The translations under genes and the position numbers were made by a program. Shown piece after piece: positions 27,620 through 38,033 of a stretch of DNA of 64,000 nucleotides. This DNA comes from an uncultured Gammaproteobacteria bacterium. Lineage in GTDB: Bacteria > Patescibacteriota > Microgenomatia > Levybacterales > UBA12049. The stretch's first letter is position 1. Every line of letters starts with the position of its first letter. The notes beneath the pieces are model-generated. The model had not been told where the DNA came from, did not search any database, and was given only the letters and a program-made list of their open reading frames with translations. Where the stretch lies: NCBI GenBank assembly GCA_964491185.1, contig CAZBFH010000001.1:16739-80738 (forward strand), read 5' to 3'.

Positions 27620-29560
27620 ATTCTTAATTAGGATAGAAATCAAACTTATTAAAACTACAGCACTTATCACTAATCCAATATTTACAAATTCCTGAGGTTT
27701 GTAATAAATTTCGAGGCCATAATTCCCATCTTTTGGCAATCTAAAACTGTTAAGATTTTTCTGATATGCTTCACTTCTTACCTCGAAATCCTCCCCTCTT
27801 GCTACCCAACCACTATCAAATCCTTGAGAAAAAACTAGCAAATCTCCTTTTTTAGCATTTTCTAATTTTAATTTATAAAGCGTAGGATTCTTAAATTCCC
27901 AGGAAATAATTAAGCTTCTATCTAAGTCATCCAAGAGAAGTGGTGCTGAAAAGAGATCTGTCTGGGAATACGTCAGATAAGTTTTAATACCTTCGTCAAT
28001 GCTTGTTCTTTGAAGATAATCAATTTTTTCAATTTTATTTATTACCTTTCTTCTTTCAACTTCACTATATTTTCGATCTTTCAAAAAAATTTCTTCATCT
28101 GGATCGGTTGGAATTATGATAAGTCCTACTGAATACCTAGCTAATTCTTCTTCACTGATTTTTTCTATATTTCTCCCCTTGAATAAAACTTCAGAATCGG
28201 ATGACGGAATTGATGGATCAAAATATCCATACTTTTGTCTCTTTGGGACCCAAAGAACTCTTGAAAAAGAATATTGCGAGGAATTATTCTTAAAATTTTT
28301 CAATTCAGAATTTAACTGAACATAGTCCACTGGAATTTCTTTTGGTTTAAAAATCCCGATTAGGTCACCGCTCCAAAATGGCTTGAGAATTAGGAAAAGA
28401 AAAATAACAAATGCGCCCACAATAAGATATCTAAATTTCTCAAATTTATCAGAAATAGAATTAAGGAAATACGGAATAAGAATGCTAAATGAAATTGCAA
28501 TTAATAAATAAAATTTTGTAGAATCCCTAAACAAAGAAAATCCCGGTAATTTTTCAAATAAAAAAATATAAATATCTCCAAAGGGATCACTTGCTCCCTT
28601 TCCTAAAAAAATGCCCACCAAACCGACAACTACAAAAAATAAAATTTCTTTTTTTGCCTTAAACATTAATGACCCAAAGGCTAAAATTGGAAGAACTAAA
28701 AATTCAGGTCTTTGAAAATAAATTTTCCCAAAAATATTTTCAGGCCAGTTGGGATGAAGAAAAGAAATTGTATTTTCTATTGTCGCAAAGCTTAAAAATT
28801 TTACCCCCGCTACAGACGAATAAGAACCCACGAATTGAGCACTTGACCCTAATATAAATGACATAATAGCTGGTAAAATCCAGTATGAATTTATTGCACC
28901 AGCGATCAAAAAGTTTATTAAAATAAAACTTATTTTTTTTAAGTTTATTTTTTTAATAAAAAACGTGAAGTACAAAAATGCGATTAGAAAAGTGAGCACT
29001 GCTACTCTTGGATCAAGCGCAATAACAAACCCCGATATCAAACAAGAAACAAACAAATTTTTATATGTCGTTTCATCAAATAAATTAATTATTCTTAGTA
29101 AAACTAATGGCGCTAATGCATATGCAAATGCGATTCCAAATTGTCCACCTCCAACTATTAAAAGGATATACGTATTAAATGTGAAAATTATTGAAGACAA
29201 ACTTCTAAACAAATCGTTTTTAATAAAAGGTTTTGAAAATTTAAAAGAAGAAAAGATTGATAAGGCAATAAAAGGCAAAAGCCAAAATATCCTTTGAGAA
29301 AACCACCAAGGAATATCTAACGAATTGGAAATAAAGTAAACAAAATTTGCATATAGATCAATCCACATCGTCTTTAAGGCTGATCCTCCAATTCCTCCAT
29401 TTCCCATGTAATCCCAAGATAAAGACCAGAAAGGAAAATAATCACGAGATTCTCTAAAGAGCAGGGGCCAATCATGAGCCACAATTACATATTTTGAAAG
29501 AAACGGCAAACAAAAAATAATTACAAATACAAGAAGCGGTGTGAGCTTAACTATCCTCAT
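27587..29560 (-). CDS. GT-C membrane glycosyltransferase (AftD/DUF3367- and YfhO-like)
   Basis: Multi-TM; AHDW, NSYWILP, LPGFSLFRDSTKF, RVLWVP; C-terminal NPT.Y...F..GW...YYKPQ plus TM. Confidence 0.72.
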   Translation of the reverse strand: MRIVKLTPLLVFVIIFCLPFLSKYVIVAHDWPLLFRESRDYFPFWSLSWDYMGNGGIGGSALKTMWIDLYANFVYFISNSLDIPWWFSQRIFWLLPFIALSIFSSFKFSKPFIKNDLFRSLSSIIFTFNTYILLIVGGGQFGIAFAYALAPLVLLRIINLFDETTYKNLFVSCLISGFVIALDPRVAVLTFLIAFLYFTFFIKKINLKKISFILINFLIAGAINSYWILPAIMSFILGSSAQFVGSYSSVAGVKFLSFATIENTISFLHPNWPENIFGKIYFQRPEFLVLPILAFGSLMFKAKKEILFFVVVGLVGIFLGKGASDPFGDIYIFLFEKLPGFSLFRDSTKFYLLIAISFSILIPYFLNSISDKFEKFRYLIVGAFVIFLFLILKPFWSGDLIGIFKPKEIPVDYVQLNSELKNFKNNSSQYSFSRVLWVPKRQKYGYFDPSIPSSDSEVLFKGRNIEKISEEELARYSVGLIIIPTDPDEEIFLKDRKYSEVERRKVINKIEKIDYLQRTSIDEGIKTYLTYSQTDLFSAPLLLDDLDRSLIISWEFKNPTLYKLKLENAKKGDLLVFSQGFDSGWVARGEDFEVRSEAYQKNLNSFRLPKDGNYGLEIYYKPQEFVNIGLVISAVVLISLISILIKNLALSYSPRKS

Positions 29561-29891
29561 TTTTTTTAAAAATATAAATATAAATTCCCTGAAATACTCC
29601 CAGAAAAATAGCTACCATACCATAGAATGCTAACTTTTCAGCGATTAAATCCTGTCCTTTTATTAAAAGGAGTTGACATAAAATTATTAGAACTATCGAA
29701 ATTATATAAACGTATCTATACGGAAATCCTAAAATTGAAATCACTATTACTATACTAAATAAAAAAATTACTTGCGAGTCTAAGAAAATATTAAAGTATG
29801 GTAGGGTCGATAAAAAAACAAAAACAATAGAAAGTCCAAGTAAGAGAATCTTCATATTTTTTGGAGTAATATTATTTTTAATTCTTCCCAT
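29547..29891 (-). CDS. Small integral membrane protein (3-4 TM)
   Basis: Hydrophobic 114 aa ORF overlapping both flanking GT-C genes; IAEKLAFY motif. Confidence 0.68.
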   Translation of the reverse strand: MGRIKNNITPKNMKILLLGLSIVFVFLSTLPYFNIFLDSQVIFLFSIVIVISILGFPYRYVYIISIVLIILCQLLLIKGQDLIAEKLAFYGMVAIFLGVFQGIYIYIFKKNEDS

Positions 29892-32800
29892 GTTTTAATT
29901 TTAGCAAGATTAATACAAATACAAATAATGTCACTATGCTTATAATTATTCCTATGTAAAATGCTTTCTGAGGTTCGTAAAAGATTGCTATTTCAAAATC
30001 TCCTGTACCGTCAACATACCATGCATTTGAAAATCCGTTTGACTTAATATGATTAACTTCTGGTATTGGGTTAGTTGTAAATACAGGCACTAAACTTCTA
30101 TCAAATACTCTATCTTCTGATTTTAACTCTTTAATTTCTCCGTTAAAATATTCTCTTTTTACTTCATCTTCACTATCCCTGCGATTAAAGACATATGCCT
30201 TCCATCCCGTACTAAAGCTATTTCCAAAATTAAGAAAAAATGGACCTCTTGCATTAGTCACATTGACAACATAATGCGTGGGATTAATCTTTTTAAATGA
30301 GATATTAGGAATATTTTGATCCTCATTTTTTATATTTCTAAATAGATAAATTTTTGGTGAAAGCTTCCTGGTCAGTTTTAGATTCCTAATTGAAATATTG
30401 TTTTTATTTTTAGAAATATTTTTAACAATTAAATTTATGCCATTTGGACTTATACTATTATTTTTTAACTCCTGAGAAACAAGTTCCCAATCAGAATTTT
30501 CATATACATTAAACCTTGAATTTACAGACATGTCATGATCTGTTAAAGTTTCAATTATGGCCTCAGAAGATGTTTTATATTCAAATGTTAATAGATATTT
30601 ATCGTACTCACCAATGTCTTTTAAATTTAGTCTAATACTGTGGCCATTAGCTAAAGAGAACTCATCCAGTCTCTGATCCAAGACTTCACTAGATTCATCA
30701 TTAAGATTAACCCTTAACCTATGCTCACCTTTATCAAGAGTGATCGGACTTTCTAGTTCTATTTCTTTTTCATCCAGCAACATCGATGTAATATTTAATT
30801 TGTCGAAATTCTTAAGCTCATAACTATCCTTTTCCTCAATATTAAAAACTAGATTTTTCTCTTTCAGTGATCTAGGACGCCAAACATCTTTCTCAATCAA
30901 GGAAATATTTGCGTTAACAAATTCCGTTAGGCTAGATACCACTGATCTCAAGCCGTTATCATCTGTATAAAGTGTTTCTAGTAATTCTTTCTGTGAATAC
31001 AGATAAGCGGCTAATTTATATTTATATTTATCATTTTGAAGTCCTTCTAACTGATTAGATCCTTTAAGCGCATTTCCGATCAACTCTTTGTATTCCTGAC
31101 TCAAGACCTGAAGCTTTAATTCATTTTTCTTAGAGCTTACTTGAGACTGATAAAAAATGCCTTCAAATTCAGAAATTCTTGCATGTGAAAACGCTAGATT
31201 TAGATCAATTTTCTGTGCGGGGTCAGTAACTTGAGATCTCAACTTATTTTCCTTACTTATCTTGAATCGATAGAAAATAGATCCAGGCAAAACATTAGCT
31301 TTGGGTACTAATAGATTTATCCTCATTGACTCGTACTCCCGGTCAGAACATAAGATACACTCTGGCTTATTATAAATTTGATTACTAATTTTGTTAATTA
31401 TTCCCTGCTTGCCAGCATTTTCCACATCCTCATTAATCGATAATATTCTTTCCTGTTTTTCATTAGAAATTAGATCTAAGCTACTGTCTAATTCAAGATT
31501 AGAGCTAATTATTTTAAGCGGAGAGTAAAAAAGCGGAAGATAATAAGAAGAATTTACATTTAAAATTTCCCATTCACCAAATATTTTATCTGATTTTATT
31601 TCTTTGTTTTCTAATAATTCTTTTTTTTCTGATTGAATTATATTATCTCTATTTGATTTATTACTATAGATGATATCGTTTCTGACTAAGATTTTATTTA
31701 TTCCGGTTCTACCTAAGAGTTTCGTAAAGGATTCTGAATTGTTTTTTTCAGTTGCTTTATAGATTTGATTAACAATCTCGGGAGCCACTGTATCATTGGA
31801 AACTACTGAATTGTTCAGCGAAAGAAACGATAATGGCTCAAGACTCCAAAATCCCCAACCATAACTATCTACTTTATAGAGTGGGTCCAATTTCGGAATA
31901 AGGATTAACCTATTACTTGAGTCCAAACTATTCAAATATGTGTTTGAATCGTAAACATAATTTGGTACTGAAACTTTTGTTACAAACGGTTTATTGAATT
32001 GAAAAAAGTTAGAATTAAAAAATGGAAAATGGTAAACAAGAAGTATTAATATGACAAAAAATCCAACCATATTAAACATAATTTTATTCCGGATAAACTT
32101 ATTGAGAATTAAATTTAAATAAAAACTTGAAAGAAGAATTAATGAAAACCAAACCGCAGGACCAAATTTATAAATAGCGGATCTAAAAATAGCAAATCCC
32201 GGAATATGTTCAACTAAAAAAATATAAATAAACCCAAAAGGAGGATGTGATCCACCCGCAAACACGATCCCAACAAATAAAACGATAAAAAGTAAATGTA
32301 TTAAATCCTGCTGTTTTTTTATCATATCTTTTCTGTTTTGAAAAAATAATCCAAAAAGTATTAACAGTATTGGAACAAAACTCAAAACAATTAGAGCTGG
32401 ATTATTTATGAAATGATATGAGAATGAGTGACTTGGGTTATCATACCAATCAGGAATTCCCTGAAGCCTAATTAGATTTAGTACACTCGCATACTTATTT
32501 ATGGCGTTCTCCCATGCAAGTATTCCAGATATTCCTCCAATTGAAGAAAGTACACCCGAGTAACCATTTAATGCAGTGTAAATCTGAGGCAAAATAAAGT
32601 AAGCATTAATTGATAAAAATCCTAAGGCGAATAGAGCCACTGTTTTAAATGTATGAACTATTGCTTTAAATCCCGATTCTCTAATATTTAAAATTGTTAC
32701 GAAAACGAACGTTAATCCGTAAACAAGAATTAAAGATCCATAAAGCGGGGGTGAACCCCCACCATTCAAAAAAAATGAAAGAATAGAAAAGAGAATTGTT

Positions 32801-33318
32801 CCTTTTACCAATGAGTACTGCTTATTTAATGTTTTATAAATTATAAGAAGTCCCAAGGGAAGTGCTGCAAATAAAGAAAACTTTGCTCTCTCCGCGATAA
32901 ACCATGCCTGTAAAATAAAGAAATTGTACATGTGGAAAATGCTGCCAAAAATTCTCATAATCCAAAATTCTTTTTGAGGGAAAAAATTTCGTATGAATAT
33001 ATACATAGAAATTCCCATCACAAAAAACCAGAAAACGAAAGCCGCTTTTTGTCCCATAGCTAACGAGCCTAAAATAACGCTAAAGAAAGTTTCCGGGAAC
33101 TGAATAACAAGAAAGCCTTTAAGTATCCCCCAGTCAGTTCCGAAGTTGTGAAGAAAGTTCCATGAGTAAAATAAATTTATTAAATGATTGAGATAATTAA
33201 GCCTGAATCCTGAATCATGGCCTATTATTGCTTCTCCGTTTCGAAGCCACCACAACGGAGTGAGACTTGCCAAAAAAACCAGTAAAATTTCCTTGTGTTT
33301 CTTAAAATTTTTAATCAT
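29878..33318 (-). CDS. Large GT-C membrane glycosyltransferase (AftD/DUF3367-like) with long extracytoplasmic region
   Basis: GHDSG, NAYFILP, GSHPPFG, IPGFAIFRSAIYKF; about 650 aa soluble region; C-terminal NPTHY...GW...NGFSNAW...YEPQ plus TM. Confidence 0.75.
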   Translation of the reverse strand: MIKNFKKHKEILLVFLASLTPLWWLRNGEAIIGHDSGFRLNYLNHLINLFYSWNFLHNFGTDWGILKGFLVIQFPETFFSVILGSLAMGQKAAFVFWFFVMGISMYIFIRNFFPQKEFWIMRIFGSIFHMYNFFILQAWFIAERAKFSLFAALPLGLLIIYKTLNKQYSLVKGTILFSILSFFLNGGGSPPLYGSLILVYGLTFVFVTILNIRESGFKAIVHTFKTVALFALGFLSINAYFILPQIYTALNGYSGVLSSIGGISGILAWENAINKYASVLNLIRLQGIPDWYDNPSHSFSYHFINNPALIVLSFVPILLILFGLFFQNRKDMIKKQQDLIHLLFIVLFVGIVFAGGSHPPFGFIYIFLVEHIPGFAIFRSAIYKFGPAVWFSLILLSSFYLNLILNKFIRNKIMFNMVGFFVILILLVYHFPFFNSNFFQFNKPFVTKVSVPNYVYDSNTYLNSLDSSNRLILIPKLDPLYKVDSYGWGFWSLEPLSFLSLNNSVVSNDTVAPEIVNQIYKATEKNNSESFTKLLGRTGINKILVRNDIIYSNKSNRDNIIQSEKKELLENKEIKSDKIFGEWEILNVNSSYYLPLFYSPLKIISSNLELDSSLDLISNEKQERILSINEDVENAGKQGIINKISNQIYNKPECILCSDREYESMRINLLVPKANVLPGSIFYRFKISKENKLRSQVTDPAQKIDLNLAFSHARISEFEGIFYQSQVSSKKNELKLQVLSQEYKELIGNALKGSNQLEGLQNDKYKYKLAAYLYSQKELLETLYTDDNGLRSVVSSLTEFVNANISLIEKDVWRPRSLKEKNLVFNIEEKDSYELKNFDKLNITSMLLDEKEIELESPITLDKGEHRLRVNLNDESSEVLDQRLDEFSLANGHSIRLNLKDIGEYDKYLLTFEYKTSSEAIIETLTDHDMSVNSRFNVYENSDWELVSQELKNNSISPNGINLIVKNISKNKNNISIRNLKLTRKLSPKIYLFRNIKNEDQNIPNISFKKINPTHYVVNVTNARGPFFLNFGNSFSTGWKAYVFNRRDSEDEVKREYFNGEIKELKSEDRVFDRSLVPVFTTNPIPEVNHIKSNGFSNAWYVDGTGDFEIAIFYEPQKAFYIGIIISIVTLFVFVLILLKLKHGKN

Positions 33319-34972
33319 TTTTTTGACTACTAATACTTGCTACTCTTTCTCTTGTCTCATCTGTGATATCTATAACTTTTTGATTACTACTATCGATAAA
33401 AAAACCGTGAACCATTTCAGTTTCCAATTTTTTTTCTTTTATTTCGCTGATCATCTTATCAATATCTTGATAATAACCAAAACTAAGTGCGCCTTTTGCC
33501 TTGTATCCTTCAGCACCCAAATCCCAAAGATAATTTTCTTCTAAAAAGGCTTTCGGAATTTTTCCTGAATCAAAATACCATACCTCTAAAACATAACCTA
33601 AGCCATTTTGAAATGGATTAGTGATATTTCCATAATAGTTTTTATCGCTTATTACGTAAAAAATAGAATTATTATCTGGTGTAGGATAAATTTTCTTAAT
33701 TCCATTTAAAACTTTTACCCTCTCTGATCCAATTTTCTCCTGATAATTAATTTCATTTTTTATTACCTCTGCATGATGAAAGAAAAAGAATACCGTAATT
33801 GGAATTATCAAAAATTTCGCAAATCTATTTAAGCTAGATAAGTGATAAGCCACAAAACCAAATAATATAGAAGCTGTTACTGCTCCAACATAAAAATATC
33901 TTGATGAAAGATATGAACTGTCCCTATGAACAACCATGTAGGGAAGGAAGCTTAGAAAGAAAAAAGCAAGACAAAAAATAATATTTCTCTTAGTATTCCT
34001 ATCTTTTAACCTAAGAATAATTATTAGGATTATCCCCAAAATCGAAAAAGATCCAATTACTGAAACCATATCTGCAGCTAGACTTTGCGCAACTAAATCT
34101 CTTGCTGGAGAATCTATAAGAAATTTATACTGAGTTTTAATAATTTCAGGAGTCAAATTGTAGAGATCCGTAGGTGGAACAAAAATCTGAAACAGAGAAG
34201 TAAGCGGATATAAAACTACGTGAACAAGTGCAGACTTAATGGGACTTTGCCCTGCATTTACAAAGCCCACAGCATTATCGGTCCTGAAGAATAAACCAAG
34301 ATATCTAAAAAAACCAATGAGAGAGCCATAAATTAGCAAAGGTAAATGAACAATGAACGCTTCTCTTATTTTTATTTTTTCTTTAAAAGTAAAATAAGTT
34401 AAAGGATATAAAATAAATAAAAACAAAGCACTCTCCTTAAAAAGGAGAGAGATGAGTCCCAATAGATAACTTAGGTATAAAGTTTTTCTTTTCTCTGATT
34501 TTAAAAATTCTATGAAAAAAATTACCGAAAGAATTAGAAATGTTGTTGCGGGTAATCCACCCACAGCGGCAGCCCATGTCACAGCCTGGGAAGAAACGCT
34601 GGAAACTAAAAAGAACAATGATGCACTAAAAGAAATCCATGTTTTGTTAAAAAGTTTTTTCGCTAATATATAAACCAAAAGCGCGTTAATAACATGAATG
34701 GAAACAGCGAATGCGGCAATGGGTAAAATTTCAAATCTAAAATAATTGAGCAAAATTAAGTTAAGTGCGCGACTTAATGGTCTCCCACCCCCCAGCAAAA
34801 GCTGCTCCGGAGTTGTGTAATGAACAATATTACCGACTCCCTGAACTAAATTATGACCAATAGCTTGCCACTCATCTTGTTGATAAAAAGTTTTTGGGAG
34901 ATCCCAAAAGATAAATAAAGCCAATATTATTATTACCGGTAAATAAAAGTATTTTTTAATTATTTCGAGCAT
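33311..34972 (-). CDS. GT-C membrane glycosyltransferase
   Basis: FYQQDEW after TM1, GRPL, FKESA, SRYFY; soluble C-terminal domain. Confidence 0.75.
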   Translation of the reverse strand: MLEIIKKYFYLPVIIILALFIFWDLPKTFYQQDEWQAIGHNLVQGVGNIVHYTTPEQLLLGGGRPLSRALNLILLNYFRFEILPIAAFAVSIHVINALLVYILAKKLFNKTWISFSASLFFLVSSVSSQAVTWAAAVGGLPATTFLILSVIFFIEFLKSEKRKTLYLSYLLGLISLLFKESALFLFILYPLTYFTFKEKIKIREAFIVHLPLLIYGSLIGFFRYLGLFFRTDNAVGFVNAGQSPIKSALVHVVLYPLTSLFQIFVPPTDLYNLTPEIIKTQYKFLIDSPARDLVAQSLAADMVSVIGSFSILGIILIIILRLKDRNTKRNIIFCLAFFFLSFLPYMVVHRDSSYLSSRYFYVGAVTASILFGFVAYHLSSLNRFAKFLIIPITVFFFFHHAEVIKNEINYQEKIGSERVKVLNGIKKIYPTPDNNSIFYVISDKNYYGNITNPFQNGLGYVLEVWYFDSGKIPKAFLEENYLWDLGAEGYKAKGALSFGYYQDIDKMISEIKEKKLETEMVHGFFIDSSNQKVIDITDETRERVASISSQKND

Positions 34973-35948
34973 TTTGAGAATCTCTATACCATTCTATAGT
35001 TTTTTTTAAACCTTCGTCCAACATCACTTTAGGTTCATAGCCTATTTCTTTCCTAGCTTTCGTATTGTCACTATTCCTTCTCGGACTACCATTTGGCTTT
35101 GAAGTATCAAGCTCTATTTCATATTTCTTACCTGAGATTTTTAATATTTTTTCTACCAACTCTCTTACTGAAACCTCTTCATCGGTACCCAAATTAATTG
35201 GATCAGGCACAGGATATTTTTCTATAGCATGAATCATTAACTCAGCAAGGTCTGTGACATACAGGAAGGCCCGAGTTTGTTTTCCATCTCCCCAAACTAT
35301 TACAGGATTCTCTCCTTCAGTTATTCTTTTAATAAGTGCGGGAATTACATGAGAAGTTTGCGTGTCAAAATGGTCTCGGGGTCCATAACAGTTATAAGGC
35401 CTCACAATTCCAACCTTCATTCCAAACTCTTGTGCGTAATAATAACCTGACTTCTCATTTATTCTTTTTGCCCACCCATATCCTCCATTCGTAGGTTCGG
35501 GTTCATCTAAAAATCCTTCTGACTCAGGCGTCGGCACACTACAATTTCTTGGATAAACACATGCAGAGGAAATAATCAAAAACCTTTCTACTCCAGCTTT
35601 TCTGGCAGATTCAATCATTACAGAACCTATAAGTAAATTATCCCGAAGCATAGTCGCTTGGTGTTTTCTGTTATAGTCTATGCCTCCTACTCTAGCGGCA
35701 AGATTCATAACAATGCTTTGCCCCTGACAGGCTTTTTCTGAAATACTAGAATCAGTGCAGTCACCTTGAATAAATTGGAATTTCCCAGCATACGCTTCTA
35801 AATTCTTTATGCTTCCATTCTGAAGATTATCTAAAACTGTCACAACTGCTCCTCTTTCAATTAATTTTTCTACAACGTGACTCCCTATAAAACCTGCCCC
35901 ACCAGTAACTAATACTTTTTTATTTTTCCAAAACTGTGAGGTTTTCAT
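34956..35948 (-). CDS. Extended SDR, GDP-mannose 3,5-epimerase / GDP-L-fucose synthase-like
   Basis: TGGAGFIG, LAARVGGI, SSACVYP, YGWAK, SHVIPAL, WGDGKQTR. Confidence 0.8.
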   Translation of the reverse strand: MKTSQFWKNKKVLVTGGAGFIGSHVVEKLIERGAVVTVLDNLQNGSIKNLEAYAGKFQFIQGDCTDSSISEKACQGQSIVMNLAARVGGIDYNRKHQATMLRDNLLIGSVMIESARKAGVERFLIISSACVYPRNCSVPTPESEGFLDEPEPTNGGYGWAKRINEKSGYYYAQEFGMKVGIVRPYNCYGPRDHFDTQTSHVIPALIKRITEGENPVIVWGDGKQTRAFLYVTDLAELMIHAIEKYPVPDPINLGTDEEVSVRELVEKILKISGKKYEIELDTSKPNGSPRRNSDNTKARKEIGYEPKVMLDEGLKKTIEWYRDSQNARNN

Positions 35949-36886
35949 TTTTTGGCTAAAATGTATAGACCTGGCCAGAATAAATCTGTACTTGAGGCAA
36001 CAAATCTGGCAATTTTTCTAAGAATATCAAATTTAAAATATTCAAAAAGTAATGGCACTTCTAATCGATTTACATCAATGTTTGATTTTTTAAATCCTGA
36101 CTCTTTAAATATTTTTCGAAGTTGTCTCTTCGTAAATGAATATTCATATCCATAAATCATACGTCTACTTTTAAATATTTTTATATGCACAAATTCAGCA
36201 ATTTGTTTTAAGACCGGAGCATTTGGGATGTTTCCCCAGACCTGCCTATATGTTAAAGATCCTAGGTTAAGATAAGGCACAGTATTGAATGCTACTCCGC
36301 CTGCTTTCAAGACCCTGTAATTCTCTTTTACAACTCCTACTGTGTCTTTAAAATGCTCAATTACTCCTCCACCATATAAAAGATCAAACGTGTTTTCTTT
36401 AAATGGCATCTTAGAAATATCACCACAGACTAATAGGTAATTCTTTATCTTTTCCTCATCTAAATAAAATTTAGCAAGCCTAAGCGCATTAACAGAGTAA
36501 TCAATTCCGACCACAAACGATCCCATTTTAGCTAGTTCTTGCCCTACAAAAAAAGGTCCACATCCAATCTCTAAATATTTCTTGTTTTTCAATGATGCAA
36601 AATTTCTCTTTATATATTTCATATTAGAATCAAGATAAGTATTTTGAAAACCTCTCTTTAAGCCCATGAGCTCTTTCTTATTTACCGTTTTTTTATATTC
36701 GTCATCCCATTTCTCAAGAGATAGCTTTACATCTTTCGCCATTGAGGAAGGTAGAAGAACTGGAACGTTATTTACGATGGGATAGTCTAGTTGACACTTA
36801 ACGCATTTTAGTTTTTTATTTTTCAAAACCAGATTTCCCCTACACTCAGGGCAACACAGAAACTTTACGTATTCTTCTTTAAACAT
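35945..36886 (-). CDS. Class I SAM methyltransferase with N-terminal Trm112-like zinc ribbon
   Basis: LCCPECRG...CVKC..YPIVNNVPVLL; LEIGCG, GIDYS, GDISKMPF, GVIEH, RVLKAGG. Confidence 0.85.
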   Translation of the reverse strand: MFKEEYVKFLCCPECRGNLVLKNKKLKCVKCQLDYPIVNNVPVLLPSSMAKDVKLSLEKWDDEYKKTVNKKELMGLKRGFQNTYLDSNMKYIKRNFASLKNKKYLEIGCGPFFVGQELAKMGSFVVGIDYSVNALRLAKFYLDEEKIKNYLLVCGDISKMPFKENTFDLLYGGGVIEHFKDTVGVVKENYRVLKAGGVAFNTVPYLNLGSLTYRQVWGNIPNAPVLKQIAEFVHIKIFKSRRMIYGYEYSFTKRQLRKIFKESGFKKSNIDVNRLEVPLLFEYFKFDILRKIARFVASSTDLFWPGLYILAKK

Positions 36887-38033
36887 AATTGATATGGTTC
36901 AATTTTTTAAATGCACTGTCAAACACATTATCCCATGAATATTCTCTTGAAAGCTTAATTGAATTTTCCCTCATCACCTCAAGTTGTTTTTTATTAGATA
37001 AGGATTCGATAATTGAAGATGACAAATCTGAAATATTATCCGAAGTTAATACACCTGCATTTCTATTTTTTATAACATCCGCTATGTGTGAAATATTTGT
37101 CATAACTATTGGCAGACCTGCTCCCAGGTAAGTTTTTATTTTACCAGGGTCTGTGAAGTATTTAAAGCTCTTTTTTGTTATTAGATATGGGGCAATTCCA
37201 AGTTGCGACTGAGAAAGGATTTTATCCACATCCCTATTTTCTTTAACAAACCCCAAAAACTCGACATTCTTTTCAACTTTTAGCTTCCTAGCCATCGCGG
37301 TTAACAAATCAAGCTCTTCACCCGAACCAATGATGGTAAGTTTTGTTGTGGGAATTTTTTTTACAATCATAGGCATGCTCTCAATCAAAAGATTAATGCC
37401 TTGGTCTTTAGATAAAATTCCTAAATAAACTATTGAGTTCTCTTTTTTATTATTTTTTATTTTCGTAGGATTACAACCCACAGGCACTGTTATTTGTTTT
37501 TTTAAATATTTATCTTTTAGCCCATTATTACATCTGGCTACTGCCATTTGATCTGATAAGTTCCACGTCTGATCTGAGTATTTAACACAAAACAAATCTA
37601 TGTAGTTATAAATTTTATTTAGAATTGGATTCTTAAATCTATAAGGCACATAATCGATTACGTAATAAATAACTTTATCAACCTTTCCCAATTTTTTTAG
37701 AATAATTCCAGTTAAAGCATTTAAATTATCAACGCCAAAATAAATATTTGTTTTTTCATTTCTTAAAAAATAAATTAAATTAAAAAATACATCTTTTATA
37801 AAAAATAAAAACTCTGGTCCAAAACCTGAAACACTTTCCGTTTCACTTTTTAATTCTCCGCTCTTATAAAGCTTAATATTAGATTTTAACGAAACACTAT
37901 CTCTTGCCCCCTTAAATGGATGAGTTATATAAACAATTTTGTTTGATTTTTTTAAAAGATAAAAAAGTAATTCCTCTTCAACTAGAGATGTAATCGTATA
38001 CGTATGATGAATAATTGCTATTTTTGAATACAT
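36879..38033 (-). CDS. GT4 glycosyltransferase
   Basis: GT-B pattern: VYLG, IIGSG, FLGFV, DPGKIKTYLGAGLPIV, YSW. Confidence 0.82.
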   Translation of the reverse strand: MYSKIAIIHHTYTITSLVEEELLFYLLKKSNKIVYITHPFKGARDSVSLKSNIKLYKSGELKSETESVSGFGPEFLFFIKDVFFNLIYFLRNEKTNIYFGVDNLNALTGIILKKLGKVDKVIYYVIDYVPYRFKNPILNKIYNYIDLFCVKYSDQTWNLSDQMAVARCNNGLKDKYLKKQITVPVGCNPTKIKNNKKENSIVYLGILSKDQGINLLIESMPMIVKKIPTTKLTIIGSGEELDLLTAMARKLKVEKNVEFLGFVKENRDVDKILSQSQLGIAPYLITKKSFKYFTDPGKIKTYLGAGLPIVMTNISHIADVIKNRNAGVLTSDNISDLSSSIIESLSNKKQLEVMRENSIKLSREYSWDNVFDSAFKKLNHINYV

